Shown: positions 18,350 through 28,215, numbered from the stretch's first letter. The stretch is 64,000 bases of DNA from an uncultured Bacteriovoracaceae bacterium (GCA_964477895.1 CAYZFQ010000011.1:23825-87824); one strand, 5' to 3'. A program made the numbers and translations. Notes: a model not told the origin generated them from the letters alone.

Positions 18350-18425
18350 GGGAGAATCGAACTCCCACGACCTTGCGGCCGGTGGATTTTGAGTCCACTG
18401 CGTCTACCAATTCCGCCATCAGGGC
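18339..18425 (-). tRNA. tRNA-Leu (anticodon CAA).
   Basis: The reverse complement reads GCCCTGATGGCGGAATTGGTAGACGCAGTGGACTCAAAATCCACCGGCCGCAAGGTCGTGGGAGTTCGATTCTCCCTTAGGGCACCA. It has a 7-bp acceptor stem with one G-U pair, the anticodon loop CTCAAAA, a long variable arm, the T-loop TTCGATT and an encoded CCA. It overlaps the ATPase stop codon. Confidence 0.8.
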
Positions 18426-18466
18426 ATTTTCCATTCCGGAAATTACGGATTACTATATAAGGCCAG

Positions 18467-18895
18467 ATGGTACGTTCGTCAAAAACCCTTACGGGGACCC
18501 TGAAAAAAATTTTTAAACGCATTTTTGTCCCTCCCTTTCTGGAGCTTTCCCGCAGCGGTAAAATCGTTCAGACTCTTTGGGACGCCTCACAATTGCAGAG
18601 CCAGCAGCGCGACTCCTACCGAAAAATCGGGGAAATTGCGGCTCAGCTTGTCAAAGAGGGGAAACTAGAGAATATAAAAATTGCGAGGATAATAGCCAAA
18701 ATAGACCAAGCCGAGCGCATCTTGCAGAGGCAGGAGCTCATGTTACGAAGTTATCAAGCCCGAGGGGACTTAAGAGAAATCTTAGGAACAGGAGCCGAAA
18801 GCTCGGCTCTAGGGGCCTCTGAAGTGGAAGATGAAGTGAACGATGAAAAAATCACGCAAGAGTCCCTTAAGCGTGATCGCCTTGAACCTGTATAA
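18467..18895 (+). CDS. Hypothetical charged/coiled-coil protein. It is not NuoA-like.
   Basis: 142-aa ORF directly upstream of the nuoBD fusion. No transmembrane helices. Confidence 0.35.
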   Translation: MVRSSKTLTGTLKKIFKRIFVPPFLELSRSGKIVQTLWDASQLQSQQRDSYRKIGEIAAQLVKEGKLENIKIARIIAKIDQAERILQRQELMLRSYQARGDLREILGTGAESSALGASEVEDEVNDEKITQESLKRDRLEPV

Positions 18896-18920
18896 GCGCT
18901 ATAACTAGCAACAGAAGAAT

Positions 18921-20627
18921 ATGGGATTAGAATCAAAACTTAGCGAATCTATTTTTACGACAAAGTTGGACTCCCTTATCAGCTGGGGGAGATCGAATTC
19001 ACTTTGGCCCATGCCGATGGGAATTTCTTGCTGCGCCATCGAGATGATGGCTGCCGTGGGACCCAAGTACGACATGGCTCGCTTTGGCTCCGAGGTGATG
19101 CGTTTTTCGCCCCGGCAGGCTGATTTGATGCTGGTGGCTGGCACACTCACTTACAAAATGGCACCCGTTGTGCGCCGCATCTACGACCAAATGATGGAAC
19201 CCAAGTGGGTTGTGGCCATGGGAACCTGCTTGTGTACGGGCGGGATGTTTGATTCCTATCCGGTGGTTCAGGGACTGGATCATGTGCTCCCGGTAGACGT
19301 TTATATTCCGGGCTGCCCCCCTCGACCTGAGGCCGTGATCCAAGCGCTGCTTAAAATCCAAGAAAAAGTGCGCTCCGGTCGGGGCACCCGACCCCTTTCT
19401 CGCTCCGATGAACCTATGCGAATTAGCGTGCCGGAAATCACAACACCGATTCACCGTAAAAAAACCGATACCCTTGTGCTCAACATGGGCCCCCAGCATC
19501 CTTCCACACACGGGGTCCTTCGTTTGATTTTAGAAGTGGATGGGGAAACCGTTATTCAATGTGTTCCCGAAATTGGCTTTCTTCACCGGGGCTTTGAAAA
19601 AATTGCTGAGAACAAACGCTTTCATCAATTTATTCCCTACACAGATCGCCTCGACTACCTAGCTCCGCTCTCCAACAACGTGAGCTACGCTATGGCGGTA
19701 GAAAAACTTTTGCAAATTGAAATTCCTAAGCGCGGCCAATATATCCGGGTTGTAGCCTGTGAATTGGCCCGTATCAGCGCCCACCTGCTCTCGCTCGGCA
19801 CCTATGCCCTCGATGTGGGCGCGGGCACAGTTTTCTTCCACACTTTTGATGAGCGCGAAAAAATTTATGACCTTATTGAAAAACTTTGCGGTCATCGATT
19901 TACCACTAGCTACACTCGGATTGGGGGCGTGTCTCGGGATGCCTCCGATGAATTTATTCGAGAAACAGTGGCCTTCCTAAAGCAGCTTCCCCAAACCTTA
20001 GACGAAATGGATTCGCTTCTAAGCAACAATCGGATTTGGATTGATCGCACTCGTGGTGTGGGAAAAATCTCCCCGCAGTTGGCCATCAGCTACGGTCTTA
20101 CGGGCCCCAACCTTCGGGCTACGGGTGTGAAGTGGGATTTACGCAAAGACATGCCTTACCTTTCTTACCCAGACTTTGATTTTAACGTGGTGGTGGGTAC
20201 CGATGGGGATTCCTACGATCGTTACCGTGTTCGCCTGCAGGAGATGCGGGAAAGTATCAAGATCCTCACCCAAGCCTTGGGTCATATGCCCACAGGTCCC
20301 ATCAATGCGGATGTGCCGGAAGTGGTGATTCCCACTAAAGAAGAAGTTTACACTCAGATGGAAGCCCTTATTTGGCACTTCAAAATCATCTCCGAAGGCT
20401 TCAAGGCTCCCGCGGGGCAAATATATTCCGCCATTGAAAATCCCAAAGGAGAATTTGGTTTCTTCTTAAAGAGCGAGGGTGGCAACAAGCCCGCTCGACT
20501 GCGCATTCACAGTCCCTCCCTGCGAGGGATTCAAATTCTGCCGGAACTCGTCCGAGGCAAACTTATTGCCGACGTCGTTACCACGGTGGCAAGCCTCGAC
20601 CCTGTTTTGGGCGAGATCGACCGATAA
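18921..20627 (+). CDS. NADH-quinone oxidoreductase NuoB-NuoD fusion protein with no NuoC domain.
   Basis: N-terminus carries the NuoB N2-cluster ligands ([27 protein letters not shown]). From about aa 185 the sequence is NuoD ([16 protein letters not shown] ... DPVLGEIDR). There is no room for the roughly 200-aa NuoC domain. Confidence 0.85.
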   Translation: MGLESKLSESIFTTKLDSLISWGRSNSLWPMPMGISCCAIEMMAAVGPKYDMARFGSEVMRFSPRQADLMLVAGTLTYKMAPVVRRIYDQMMEPKWVVAMGTCLCTGGMFDSYPVVQGLDHVLPVDVYIPGCPPRPEAVIQALLKIQEKVRSGRGTRPLSRSDEPMRISVPEITTPIHRKKTDTLVLNMGPQHPSTHGVLRLILEVDGETVIQCVPEIGFLHRGFEKIAENKRFHQFIPYTDRLDYLAPLSNNVSYAMAVEKLLQIEIPKRGQYIRVVACELARISAHLLSLGTYALDVGAGTVFFHTFDEREKIYDLIEKLCGHRFTTSYTRIGGVSRDASDEFIRETVAFLKQLPQTLDEMDSLLSNNRIWIDRTRGVGKISPQLAISYGLTGPNLRATGVKWDLRKDMPYLSYPDFDFNVVVGTDGDSYDRYRVRLQEMRESIKILTQALGHMPTGPINADVPEVVIPTKEEVYTQMEALIWHFKIISEGFKAPAGQIYSAIENPKGEFGFFLKSEGGNKPARLRIHSPSLRGIQILPELVRGKLIADVVTTVASLDPVLGEIDR

Positions 20628-20646
20628 AATCTTTTAAGGAGTAGAG

Positions 20647-22443
20647 TTGGGAATGGAAGCCAAGCCGGGAGTGAAATTAAGTGTAGATGGGGTGGAAGTG
20701 AGCGTGGCTGCAGGCAGCACCGTGATTAAAGCTGCGGAGCTAGCCGGTAAGCTTATTCCCCACTTCTGCTATCACCCAGGACTTAGCGTGGTGGGCCAGT
20801 GCCGAATGTGTTTTGTAGAGATTGAGGGCGCACCAAAACTTGCCACGGCCTGCTCCACACCCGTGGCTGAGGGAATGAAAATTCTTACAGCCACCGACAA
20901 AGTTAAATCCGGGCAAAATGCCACCCTCGAGTTCACCCTTTTGAACCATCCCTTGGATTGCCCCATTTGCGACCGAGGCGGTGAATGCAAACTCCAAGAT
21001 TACACTTATGAGTTTGGCCCACCCCTTTCTCGCATGGTGGACGAGAAAAAAGAAAACGATAAGCATCGTGCGATTTCATCTGACATTGTATTGGACCAAG
21101 AACGCTGCATTCTTTGCACCCGCTGTGTACGCTTTTCATCTGAGGTCGATGGCAAAGCCGAAATTGTGGTTCAAAACCGCGGCTACTTAAACGTGGTGGA
21201 TGTTTTTGAAGGCCGCCCTTTTAGCTCAAATTTTCAAGGCAACGTGGTGGACATATGCCCCGTGGGCGCCCTTACCGCCAAAGACTACCGCTTTGCTGCT
21301 CGTCCCTGGGAATTAAAAACTCATGACGCCCTTTGCACAGGTTGTGCGGTGGGCTGCAACATCGAAGTGCATACTAAAAACCGCCATGGCGGTATCACAA
21401 GACCCGACGGTCTGCCTCCTTTGCCGCAAATCAAGCGCCTTGTTCCTCGCGACAACATGGAAGTCAACACGTGGTGGCTTTGTGACAAGGGTCGGTGGGG
21501 TTACCACTTTAACAACGAAGAAGAAAAGCGCTTAGAGCATCCGCTCGTGCGCCGAAGTCCCTCAGGAGCTCTGGAAAAACTTAGCCTCAAAGAGGCCCAG
21601 CTTTATATTGAAAAGGCCTCGACCGAGAATTTGGGCGAATGGGAATTTTGGGTGGACGACAACGTCCCACACGAAGAGATTTCTTGGGCCAAAGAAATGC
21701 TTAGCAGCTGGCAAAGCCGAGGCCGCAAAGTCCAAAGCCGAATCAATCCATCGGTTTTTGGAGAATCCTTCTTAAAATACTGGGCTAGTCGCGCCACTTC
21801 ACCTTGGTTTGCCGCTCCGGTGAGCTGGCACGATGTGAAAGTTGTGGCCTCCCCTTACGACTACCGCGAACTCGAAAACATTGCGCCCATTTTGGCGCTG
21901 CGCTTGGGCCAAGCCTTTCGCAAGGGTCAGATCAGAATTGAAAAGCTTTCCGAAAGTGAAATGTCCAATTTCAAGGCCGATGCCTATTTGGTGAACTTGC
22001 CAAAAGATGAGAAGGCTCTAGGATTTTTAAATTCTTTGGCAAGCGACGCCAAAGTCATTCCACTCTTCACGCAAGCCAATTCGCGTGGCCTGGTGAATGA
22101 AGGCATTGCTCCCATTGAGGCCCTCAGTTCTGAACTGAAAAACAAAAAGGCTCAGGGCCCAGTCTTTTTGTTTTCTCAGCGCACCCAAAACGCCCCAAGC
22201 CCCGAGCTTGTGGCCTATTTAAAGAGCGCCCCCTTTGTGATTGTGGCTGACTCCTTTCAAAGCCCGCTCACTCAACTGGCTTCACTCGTGCTACCCCTCA
22301 CACCCCTTTATGAGACCCCCGCCACTCTCACAAATTTAGAAAACCGTCGGCAAAAATCCCCCGGAATCCAGGTCAGTCACCCCAACCACTCTACAGTGCA
22401 ACGCGGCGGCCCCTTGGTTCATCCGAGCCTGCGTCTTTTGTAG
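20647..22443 (+). CDS. NuoG-like Fe-S subunit (75-kDa-subunit N-terminal module) with a short, degenerate C-terminal domain.
   Basis: 2Fe-2S region CYHPGLSVVGQCRMCFVEIEG. His-ligated 4Fe-4S HPLDCPICDRGGEC. Additional cluster motifs CILCTRCVRF...CPVGALT. N7-like CTGCAVGC. Then WWLCDKGRWGYHF...EHPLVRR. Only 598 aa, so the molybdopterin-like domain is truncated. Confidence 0.75.
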   Translation: MGMEAKPGVKLSVDGVEVSVAAGSTVIKAAELAGKLIPHFCYHPGLSVVGQCRMCFVEIEGAPKLATACSTPVAEGMKILTATDKVKSGQNATLEFTLLNHPLDCPICDRGGECKLQDYTYEFGPPLSRMVDEKKENDKHRAISSDIVLDQERCILCTRCVRFSSEVDGKAEIVVQNRGYLNVVDVFEGRPFSSNFQGNVVDICPVGALTAKDYRFAARPWELKTHDALCTGCAVGCNIEVHTKNRHGGITRPDGLPPLPQIKRLVPRDNMEVNTWWLCDKGRWGYHFNNEEEKRLEHPLVRRSPSGALEKLSLKEAQLYIEKASTENLGEWEFWVDDNVPHEEISWAKEMLSSWQSRGRKVQSRINPSVFGESFLKYWASRATSPWFAAPVSWHDVKVVASPYDYRELENIAPILALRLGQAFRKGQIRIEKLSESEMSNFKADAYLVNLPKDEKALGFLNSLASDAKVIPLFTQANSRGLVNEGIAPIEALSSELKNKKAQGPVFLFSQRTQNAPSPELVAYLKSAPFVIVADSFQSPLTQLASLVLPLTPLYETPATLTNLENRRQKSPGIQVSHPNHSTVQRGGPLVHPSLRLL

Positions 22444-22500
22444 ACTTCGCTCTTTGCTCCGGTAGATTCTTGCCTGCCTGCAAAAAATTGAATAGGTCTT

Positions 22501-23496
22501 TTGCCTATGTCATCAGCAAAAAAGTCCGGACCCGTTTCGCAGTTTATTGATCATCATTACCGTCATTTCAACGCTGCCGCCTTAAAGGACGCCGCCCAAG
22601 GTTACGTCACGCACTTGGATAAAAACGGCAAAATGTTTGTAACCTTGGCGGGTGCCATGAGCACCGCAGAGCTCGGCCTTTCGCTTGCGGAAATGATTCG
22701 CCAAGATAAGGTTCATGGGATTTGTTGCACAGGAGCCAACTTAGAGGAAGACGTTTTTAACCTCGTGGCTCATGAGCATTACGCACGAATACCCAATTAC
22801 CGCGACCTCACTCCCCAGGATGAGCAAAAGCTTTTAGAAAAGCACATGAACCGAGTGACCGACACGTGCATCCCCGAGCATGAAGCTATGCGCCGAATCG
22901 AAAATGAAATTCTAGAAGAATGGGTGACGGCCGATAAAGCTGGCAAGGCTTTTTTCCCCCATGAGTTTTTCTATAAAATTTTGCTCTCAGGAAAACTAAA
23001 AAAATCCTACCAAATTGATCCCAAAAATAGCTGGCTCTTAGCTGCTGCCGAAAAAAATCTGCCCATGTTTGTGCCAGGCTGGGAAGACTCCACCTTAGGA
23101 AATATGTACACGGGCCACGTGATGACCGGAGATGTAAAAAACGTTCACACGGTGCGCACAGGAATTGAATACATGGCAAGGCTTGCGGAGTGGTACACCG
23201 AACTGACAGCTAAAAACTCTTTGGGCTTTTTCCAGATTGGCGGGGGCATTGCCGGGGATTTTCCAATTTGTGTAGTGCCCATGCTTCACCAAGACCTCCA
23301 GCGCACGAGTGTTCCTTTGTGGGGATATTTTTGCCAGATATCTGATTCCACCACTTCTTATGGTTCTTATTCAGGAGCCGTGCCTAATGAAAAGATCACC
23401 TGGGGCAAACTAGGAGTCGACACTCCAAAATTTATCGTGGAGTCGGACGCCACTATCGTGGCTCCGCTAATTTTTGCCTATATCTTAGGTTGGTAA
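22501..23496 (+). CDS. Deoxyhypusine synthase family protein (DHS-like / homospermidine-synthase-like).
   Basis: FVTLAGAMSTAELGLSLAEMIRQDKVHGICCTGANLEEDVFNL and the overall length match the DHS family. Confidence 0.8.
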   Translation: MPMSSAKKSGPVSQFIDHHYRHFNAAALKDAAQGYVTHLDKNGKMFVTLAGAMSTAELGLSLAEMIRQDKVHGICCTGANLEEDVFNLVAHEHYARIPNYRDLTPQDEQKLLEKHMNRVTDTCIPEHEAMRRIENEILEEWVTADKAGKAFFPHEFFYKILLSGKLKKSYQIDPKNSWLLAAAEKNLPMFVPGWEDSTLGNMYTGHVMTGDVKNVHTVRTGIEYMARLAEWYTELTAKNSLGFFQIGGGIAGDFPICVVPMLHQDLQRTSVPLWGYFCQISDSTTSYGSYSGAVPNEKITWGKLGVDTPKFIVESDATIVAPLIFAYILGW

Positions 23497-23497
23497 A

Positions 23498-23531
23498 AAA
23501 AAAGCCCGGTAGCCTTATCGGCCCCGGGCTT
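23498..23531. terminator. Putative bidirectional Rho-independent terminator between two convergent genes.
   Basis: An A-run, then the 8-bp stem AAGCCCGG/CCGGGCTT around a 14-nt loop, then T-rich sequence. Confidence 0.4.
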
Positions 23532-23557
23532 CCTAAATTTATTTTAGAGTCTAAAAT

Positions 23558-23800
23558 TTATTTCGCTTGGTCACTTCCTGCGGAAGGAGCGTCGGAAGCT
23601 GCACCCGTATCTGCGGGAGCCGTAGCACCAGCATCTGCGGGAGGAACGGCGCCATCAGCAGGAACACCTTCTGCGGTGGTACCAGTGGTAGGAGCTACTT
23701 GAGTCTCATCGGTTTGGGGTTGATCTTTTTTCCAGCAAGCGCTGAGACCAAGAGCCATAACAACTAGGGCCAAAGGGGCAATGCGGAAACTTCTCTTCAT
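23558..23800 (-). CDS. Small Ala/Pro/Thr-rich lipoprotein.
   Basis: MKRSFRIAPLALVVMALGLSAC has a lipobox (LSAC). The rest is low-complexity APADxGA repeats. I prefer the internal ATG to the longer ORF. Confidence 0.4.
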   Translation of the reverse strand: MKRSFRIAPLALVVMALGLSACWKKDQPQTDETQVAPTTGTTAEGVPADGAVPPADAGATAPADTGAASDAPSAGSDQAK

Positions 23801-23918
23801 CTGTAACATAGGGTTTAAAACCCTCCTTTCATATTTAAGCCTTCTAAAAATACACCATGCCATAGGCCTTGCAATAAAGGTCTAGGAAATATTTATCTCT
23901 CCATGCTAAGCCCCTTTC

Positions 23919-24893
23919 ATGGGCGACAGCACGGCGAATGAAATCAAAATCCAAACCCTCAGTTATCTCGACTTAAAATCTACAGACGCTCAAAAGCGTG
24001 GGGATTTTATTTGGAATCTAAAAAAGGCATTTGAGGAGATTGGCTTTGTTGTGATCAAGGACCACCCCGTGAGTGCCGACCTGCAAAAACGAGCTTACGC
24101 CTCCATCTCCACCTTTTTTGACCAGCCGCTCGAGGAAAAGAAAAAGTATGAGATTCCCGGTATTGGCGGGGCCCGAGGCTACACTCCTTTTGGTCGCGAG
24201 CATGCCAAAAATACCAATGTGGGAGATCTCAAAGAATTTTTTCATGTGGGCGTAGAAGTGCCCGTCGCCCACCCTCTTGAACACTCCTATCCAAAAAATG
24301 TTTCGGTCCCCTCGGTGCCGGATTTTGACCGAGATCTGCGCGAGCTTTACTCTTCGCTTTTGAGTTTAGGAATGGACCTGCTCAAAGCCATCGCGATTAT
24401 TTTGGAACTTCGGGAAGATTATTTTGACGAAAAGGTTCGCTATGGAAATTCCATCCTTCGCCCTATTCACTACCCTCCCCTCAAAGGTGGGGAAGAGGCC
24501 AATGCACTTCGCTCCTCAGCTCATGAAGACATCAACCTCATCACACTTCTCATCGGCGCCTCTTCTCCTGGACTTCAGGTTCTCAGCCGCAACGGCCAGT
24601 GGCTTCCCATCCAGACTGAGGCCTCTGAAATTGTGGTGAATGTGGGTGACATGCTGCAGCGACTCACCAACTACCGACTCATCAGCACCACCCACCAAGT
24701 GGTGAATCCTCCGCCGACTCCGGGAGTTCCTAGCCCCACCCGCTACTCCATACCGTTTTTTCTACATCCTGTGTCTGAAATGTCGCTGGAAGCTTTGCCG
24801 AGTTGCGTGAAAGCGGGCGAAAAACCCCGCGACCCCCTCACCACCGCGGGTGAGTATTTGTCGGAGCGCTTGCGCGAGATTGGTCTGACTTAG
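23919..24893 (+). CDS. 2-oxoglutarate/Fe(II)-dependent oxygenase (isopenicillin-N-synthase-like family).
   Basis: HEDINLITLL ... NVGDMLQRLTNYRLISTTHQVV matches the double-stranded beta-helix HxD...H region of that family. Confidence 0.75.
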   Translation: MGDSTANEIKIQTLSYLDLKSTDAQKRGDFIWNLKKAFEEIGFVVIKDHPVSADLQKRAYASISTFFDQPLEEKKKYEIPGIGGARGYTPFGREHAKNTNVGDLKEFFHVGVEVPVAHPLEHSYPKNVSVPSVPDFDRDLRELYSSLLSLGMDLLKAIAIILELREDYFDEKVRYGNSILRPIHYPPLKGGEEANALRSSAHEDINLITLLIGASSPGLQVLSRNGQWLPIQTEASEIVVNVGDMLQRLTNYRLISTTHQVVNPPPTPGVPSPTRYSIPFFLHPVSEMSLEALPSCVKAGEKPRDPLTTAGEYLSERLREIGLT

Positions 24894-24915
24894 TTTCAGC
24901 GCCGGAAGTGCGCTG

Positions 24916-27141
24916 CTATTCGTAAAAGACAGCGTCGGCCAATTCCATAAGATTTGTCACCAAATTGAATGAGGCAAGATTTCCTAGGGAAGCCGTGTTC
25001 ACTAAACTGAATCCACCGCCGAAATAAATTGTGTCACCGGCTACGGCCACGGTGTTTGCTGCGGCGTTGAGTCCGGTGGGATAAAAGGCTGTGAGGCTTC
25101 CGTCGCTCAAATTGACTCCACCTACCCGGCTGCGGGGGGATCCTCCCAAAGTAGTGAACTGCCCTGCCGCGTAAAGGACACCGTCTTTAATGGCTATTGA
25201 ATCCACTCTTGCTCCTGCAGTTGGGTTGAACGAAGTCACAGATCCATCACCAATATTTATTCCAGCCAAGCGCGTTCGACCCTGTCCAGCGACAGTGGTG
25301 AAGTTTCCGCCCAGGTAGAGCACCGTATCTAAAAGAACCGAGCATTGCACAGCATTATTTACAGCTGGACTGAAAGTGAGAGTCGAGGTTCCGTCGCTAA
25401 GATTAATTTCCGCAAGCCGAGTTCTAGCCTGGCCGCCAATATTGGTAAAAGAACCGCCCGCAAAAATGGTGTTTGTTCCAAGAGTCAATGTCGAAACAGT
25501 TCCGTTAGCATTTGGATCGAAGCTTATAATAGCCGTACCATCGCTGGCATTGAGAGCAGCCAGTCGATTTCGGCTTTGTCCCCCAATTGTCGTGAATGAC
25601 CCCCCTGCATAAACTGTGTTTCCCGAAGCCGTGAGAGCAAAGACCGTAGCACTTGGATTCGGATCAAAAGCCGTTACAGAACCCGTCACGGTACTCACGG
25701 CTGCCAACAAATTCCGAGCCTGCCCGCCCAGTGTAGTGAAGTTGCCTGCCAAATAAAGAGTGTCATTAGCCAGTGCCAATTGGGACACCGAACTATTAGC
25801 ATTCGGATTAAAACTCGTTACAGAGCCATCTTCTGTGTTGAGGGCCGCAATACGGTTTCGGGTTACAGCTCCGACAGATGAGAATATTCCACCCGCATAT
25901 AAAACTCCATCCGCAGAGGTCAAGACGTACACATCACCGTTGGGATGAGGATCAAAACTTGTGAGGCTTTCATCTATGGTACTAAAAGCCGCGAGATATT
26001 TTCTGGTTTGCGAAGCGATAGTTGTAAAGTTTCCACCTACAAACAGGCGGTTGCCTGAAATATTTAAAGAGAGTACCGGGAAATCAGCACTAGGATTGAA
26101 ACTCGTCGCCGTTCCATCGCTAATATTTAAACCCGCCAAATACTGCCGGCCTTGGCCACCTACGGTGCTAAAACTGCCACCCACGTAAATTATCCCGTTC
26201 TGTACAGCAAAAGCATTTACTGGGTTGTCGGGTGCTGGATTAAATGTCGCCACCACCGAACTATCGCTGGCGTTCACGGCTCCCAAGTAGGTCCGTGCCT
26301 GACCGCCAATAGTACTGAAACCTCCGCCCAGATACAGAACGCCTGAGTGTAAATAAATTTCACTTACATAGCCGTTAGGGTTGGGGTTGAAGGCTGCGGC
26401 CGAGCCATCGCTTGTGTTTAAAGCTGCAATATAGGGTCGACCCTGGCCCGCGATCGTTGCAAATTGTCCACTCACATAAAGTAGACCACTTGAAAGTATG
26501 AGAGATGAGACAGAGTTATTGGGATTAGGATTAAAAGCTGTGGCCGTGCCGTCACTCACATCAATCGCTGCAAGGAAGTTTCGTGCTTGTCCTCCGATGG
26601 ATGAGAAGTCTCCACCCACATAAAGCGTGTCTCCATCTAAAGCTAAAGCATTGACGGCATTGTTGGCGTTGGGATTAAAATTTAGATCTAAGCTTCCATC
26701 ACTCAATATGTGAGCTAAGTGTCCCCGAGAGCTATTTCCCACAGCAAGAAAAGATCCACCCACGTAAAAACCACCTTCGCCGTCACTTACTACCGCGTAA
26801 ACTGAACCGTGAATTTTTGCCATGCGTGCTAAAGAGAGCCCCGCCTTAAAAGTACTCGTCCCAGTAGCACTTGAAGTCGGATCCAACATAATACCGGCTC
26901 CCGAATAGGGCCCCACATCCGTAAAGGAACCACCCATATACATCAGGTTATTTGCGGGATCCGGTAGAAGGGCTCGCACTGTACCATTGGCCACATAGGG
27001 CACGCCCGCCACGCTTACAGTAGAGCTCTGGGTGCTATCTCCTGCCGGCGCTGGAGCTTTGTTGGGTTCTAAAAACATCCCCGAACACGCACTAAGCGAT
27101 AAGAGAGCCATGGCTGTAAAACCAACGTTAAAGGCCTTCAT
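24916..27141 (-). CDS. Large lipoprotein made of about 12 tandem ~55-60-aa repeats (delta-60 repeat-like).
   Basis: Lipobox MKAFNVGFTAMALLSLSACSG. Repeating unit is approximately LYxGGxFTTIGGQARxxLAAxNxSDGSxTxFNPNxN. Confidence 0.7.
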   Translation of the reverse strand: MKAFNVGFTAMALLSLSACSGMFLEPNKAPAPAGDSTQSSTVSVAGVPYVANGTVRALLPDPANNLMYMGGSFTDVGPYSGAGIMLDPTSSATGTSTFKAGLSLARMAKIHGSVYAVVSDGEGGFYVGGSFLAVGNSSRGHLAHILSDGSLDLNFNPNANNAVNALALDGDTLYVGGDFSSIGGQARNFLAAIDVSDGTATAFNPNPNNSVSSLILSSGLLYVSGQFATIAGQGRPYIAALNTSDGSAAAFNPNPNGYVSEIYLHSGVLYLGGGFSTIGGQARTYLGAVNASDSSVVATFNPAPDNPVNAFAVQNGIIYVGGSFSTVGGQGRQYLAGLNISDGTATSFNPSADFPVLSLNISGNRLFVGGNFTTIASQTRKYLAAFSTIDESLTSFDPHPNGDVYVLTSADGVLYAGGIFSSVGAVTRNRIAALNTEDGSVTSFNPNANSSVSQLALANDTLYLAGNFTTLGGQARNLLAAVSTVTGSVTAFDPNPSATVFALTASGNTVYAGGSFTTIGGQSRNRLAALNASDGTAIISFDPNANGTVSTLTLGTNTIFAGGSFTNIGGQARTRLAEINLSDGTSTLTFSPAVNNAVQCSVLLDTVLYLGGNFTTVAGQGRTRLAGINIGDGSVTSFNPTAGARVDSIAIKDGVLYAAGQFTTLGGSPRSRVGGVNLSDGSLTAFYPTGLNAAANTVAVAGDTIYFGGGFSLVNTASLGNLASFNLVTNLMELADAVFYE

Positions 27142-27270
27142 AGATCTTTATGATATCTCAAATATTTTGGAATTTTTGTTAAGTTTTGATGAAGGAAGGG
27201 GCGGGGAAAGAGCAAAAACACCGTCAATTTATTGCCTCAACTTCCCCCTCTAAAATGACGAAAAAATTAC

Positions 27271-28215
27271 ATGAAACGTGGACTGCAAGTCGCCCTAGGA
27301 CTTTCGCTGTTTTTGCATGCCTTATTGGCCGGATATTTATTTCAAAGCCCCACAACAGGGTCTGCGCCTAGGCAGCCTCTTTCCAATAAAAAACTTTCCG
27401 TGCGCACCCTCACCCAAAATGATTTCGAAAAAGAACTTCGCACGGCTCTCGACTCCAAAGAGGCTCAAATCGTTCAAAGTGACCCCCGTTTAAAATCCGA
27501 GCTCGCTCCCCTAATGAAAGACAAAATTCGCCTTAGCGCCACCCACCAAAAGGTCGACCAAGAAACCCGCAGCGCTCGCTTTGGTAAATTTAAAAATGTC
27601 TTGAACGAGGGCCAAGACACAAAAAATACCGAGATTTCAAAACTGTTTGAACTAGCTGACGACCCCGAACGCGATGCCAAAGTGGCGGCACTGAACAAAA
27701 AATCAAATACCGGCCGCCTGCACACCTTTAAAAATCGCGCACCCGCCTCGGCCCCATCAACTGCTGGCGAAGGCCTCTCTGCCACCGACGACTACCTCCC
27801 CGATGTGGCCATCGGAGTGAATACTCTTCTTAATGCCAAGGAGTATAAATTCTACTCATTCTATGCTCGAGTACGCCAGCAACTTACTGAAGTCTGGCAG
27901 CTCAAACTTCGACATGAATTTCAACGCATCTCAAACAAAGGCCAGAATATCGTGGGGGATCACCTTACCCAGGTCCAAGTTAAGCTCAACGCGAATGGCT
28001 CGCTTAAAACCGTTAAAATCATAGGCAGCTCTGGAGTACGCGAGTTTGACCTTGCGGCAGCTGAGGCCTTCCATCAGGCCGCTCCCTTCCCCAATCCGCC
28101 TCAAGGAATGATATCCAAAGATGACAATTTGGTCTCTCTTCGCTGGGATTTTATTGTTGTTGCCTCGGAGGATTCGGGACTTCGAGTTAAGATGGGCCAA
28201 GGGGGATCTCTGTAA
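27271..28215 (+). CDS. TonB-family protein: N-terminal membrane anchor, C-terminal TonB-like domain.
   Basis: N-terminal helix LQVALGLSLFLHALLAGYLF. C-terminus (...SLKTVKIIGSSGVREFDLAAAEAFHQAAPFPNPPQG...) resembles the TonB C-terminal fold. Confidence 0.5.
   Translation: MKRGLQVALGLSLFLHALLAGYLFQSPTTGSAPRQPLSNKKLSVRTLTQNDFEKELRTALDSKEAQIVQSDPRLKSELAPLMKDKIRLSATHQKVDQETRSARFGKFKNVLNEGQDTKNTEISKLFELADDPERDAKVAALNKKSNTGRLHTFKNRAPASAPSTAGEGLSATDDYLPDVAIGVNTLLNAKEYKFYSFYARVRQQLTEVWQLKLRHEFQRISNKGQNIVGDHLTQVQVKLNANGSLKTVKIIGSSGVREFDLAAAEAFHQAAPFPNPPQGMISKDDNLVSLRWDFIVVASEDSGLRVKMGQGGSL

Noticed and set aside
18467-18895. Whether the ORF upstream of nuoBD is NuoA.
   Set aside because: NuoA is a three-helix membrane protein. 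This ORF is hydrophilic and charged, with coiled-coil character.
18999-19511. 170-aa minus-strand ORF inside the nuoBD fusion gene.
   Set aside because: Antisense to strongly conserved NuoB/NuoD sequence. The His/Gly-rich translation looks like a compositional artefact.
23490-23702. Plus-strand 70-aa Ala/Pro-rich ORF.
   Set aside because: It overlaps the minus-strand lipoprotein ORF. Only the latter has a signal peptide and lipobox, and the region is low-complexity.
25345-26346. Several plus-strand 60-85-aa ORFs opposite the repeat-lipoprotein gene.
   Set aside because: They are generated by the periodic repeat structure. The minus-strand frame has the lipobox and a coherent repeat protein.
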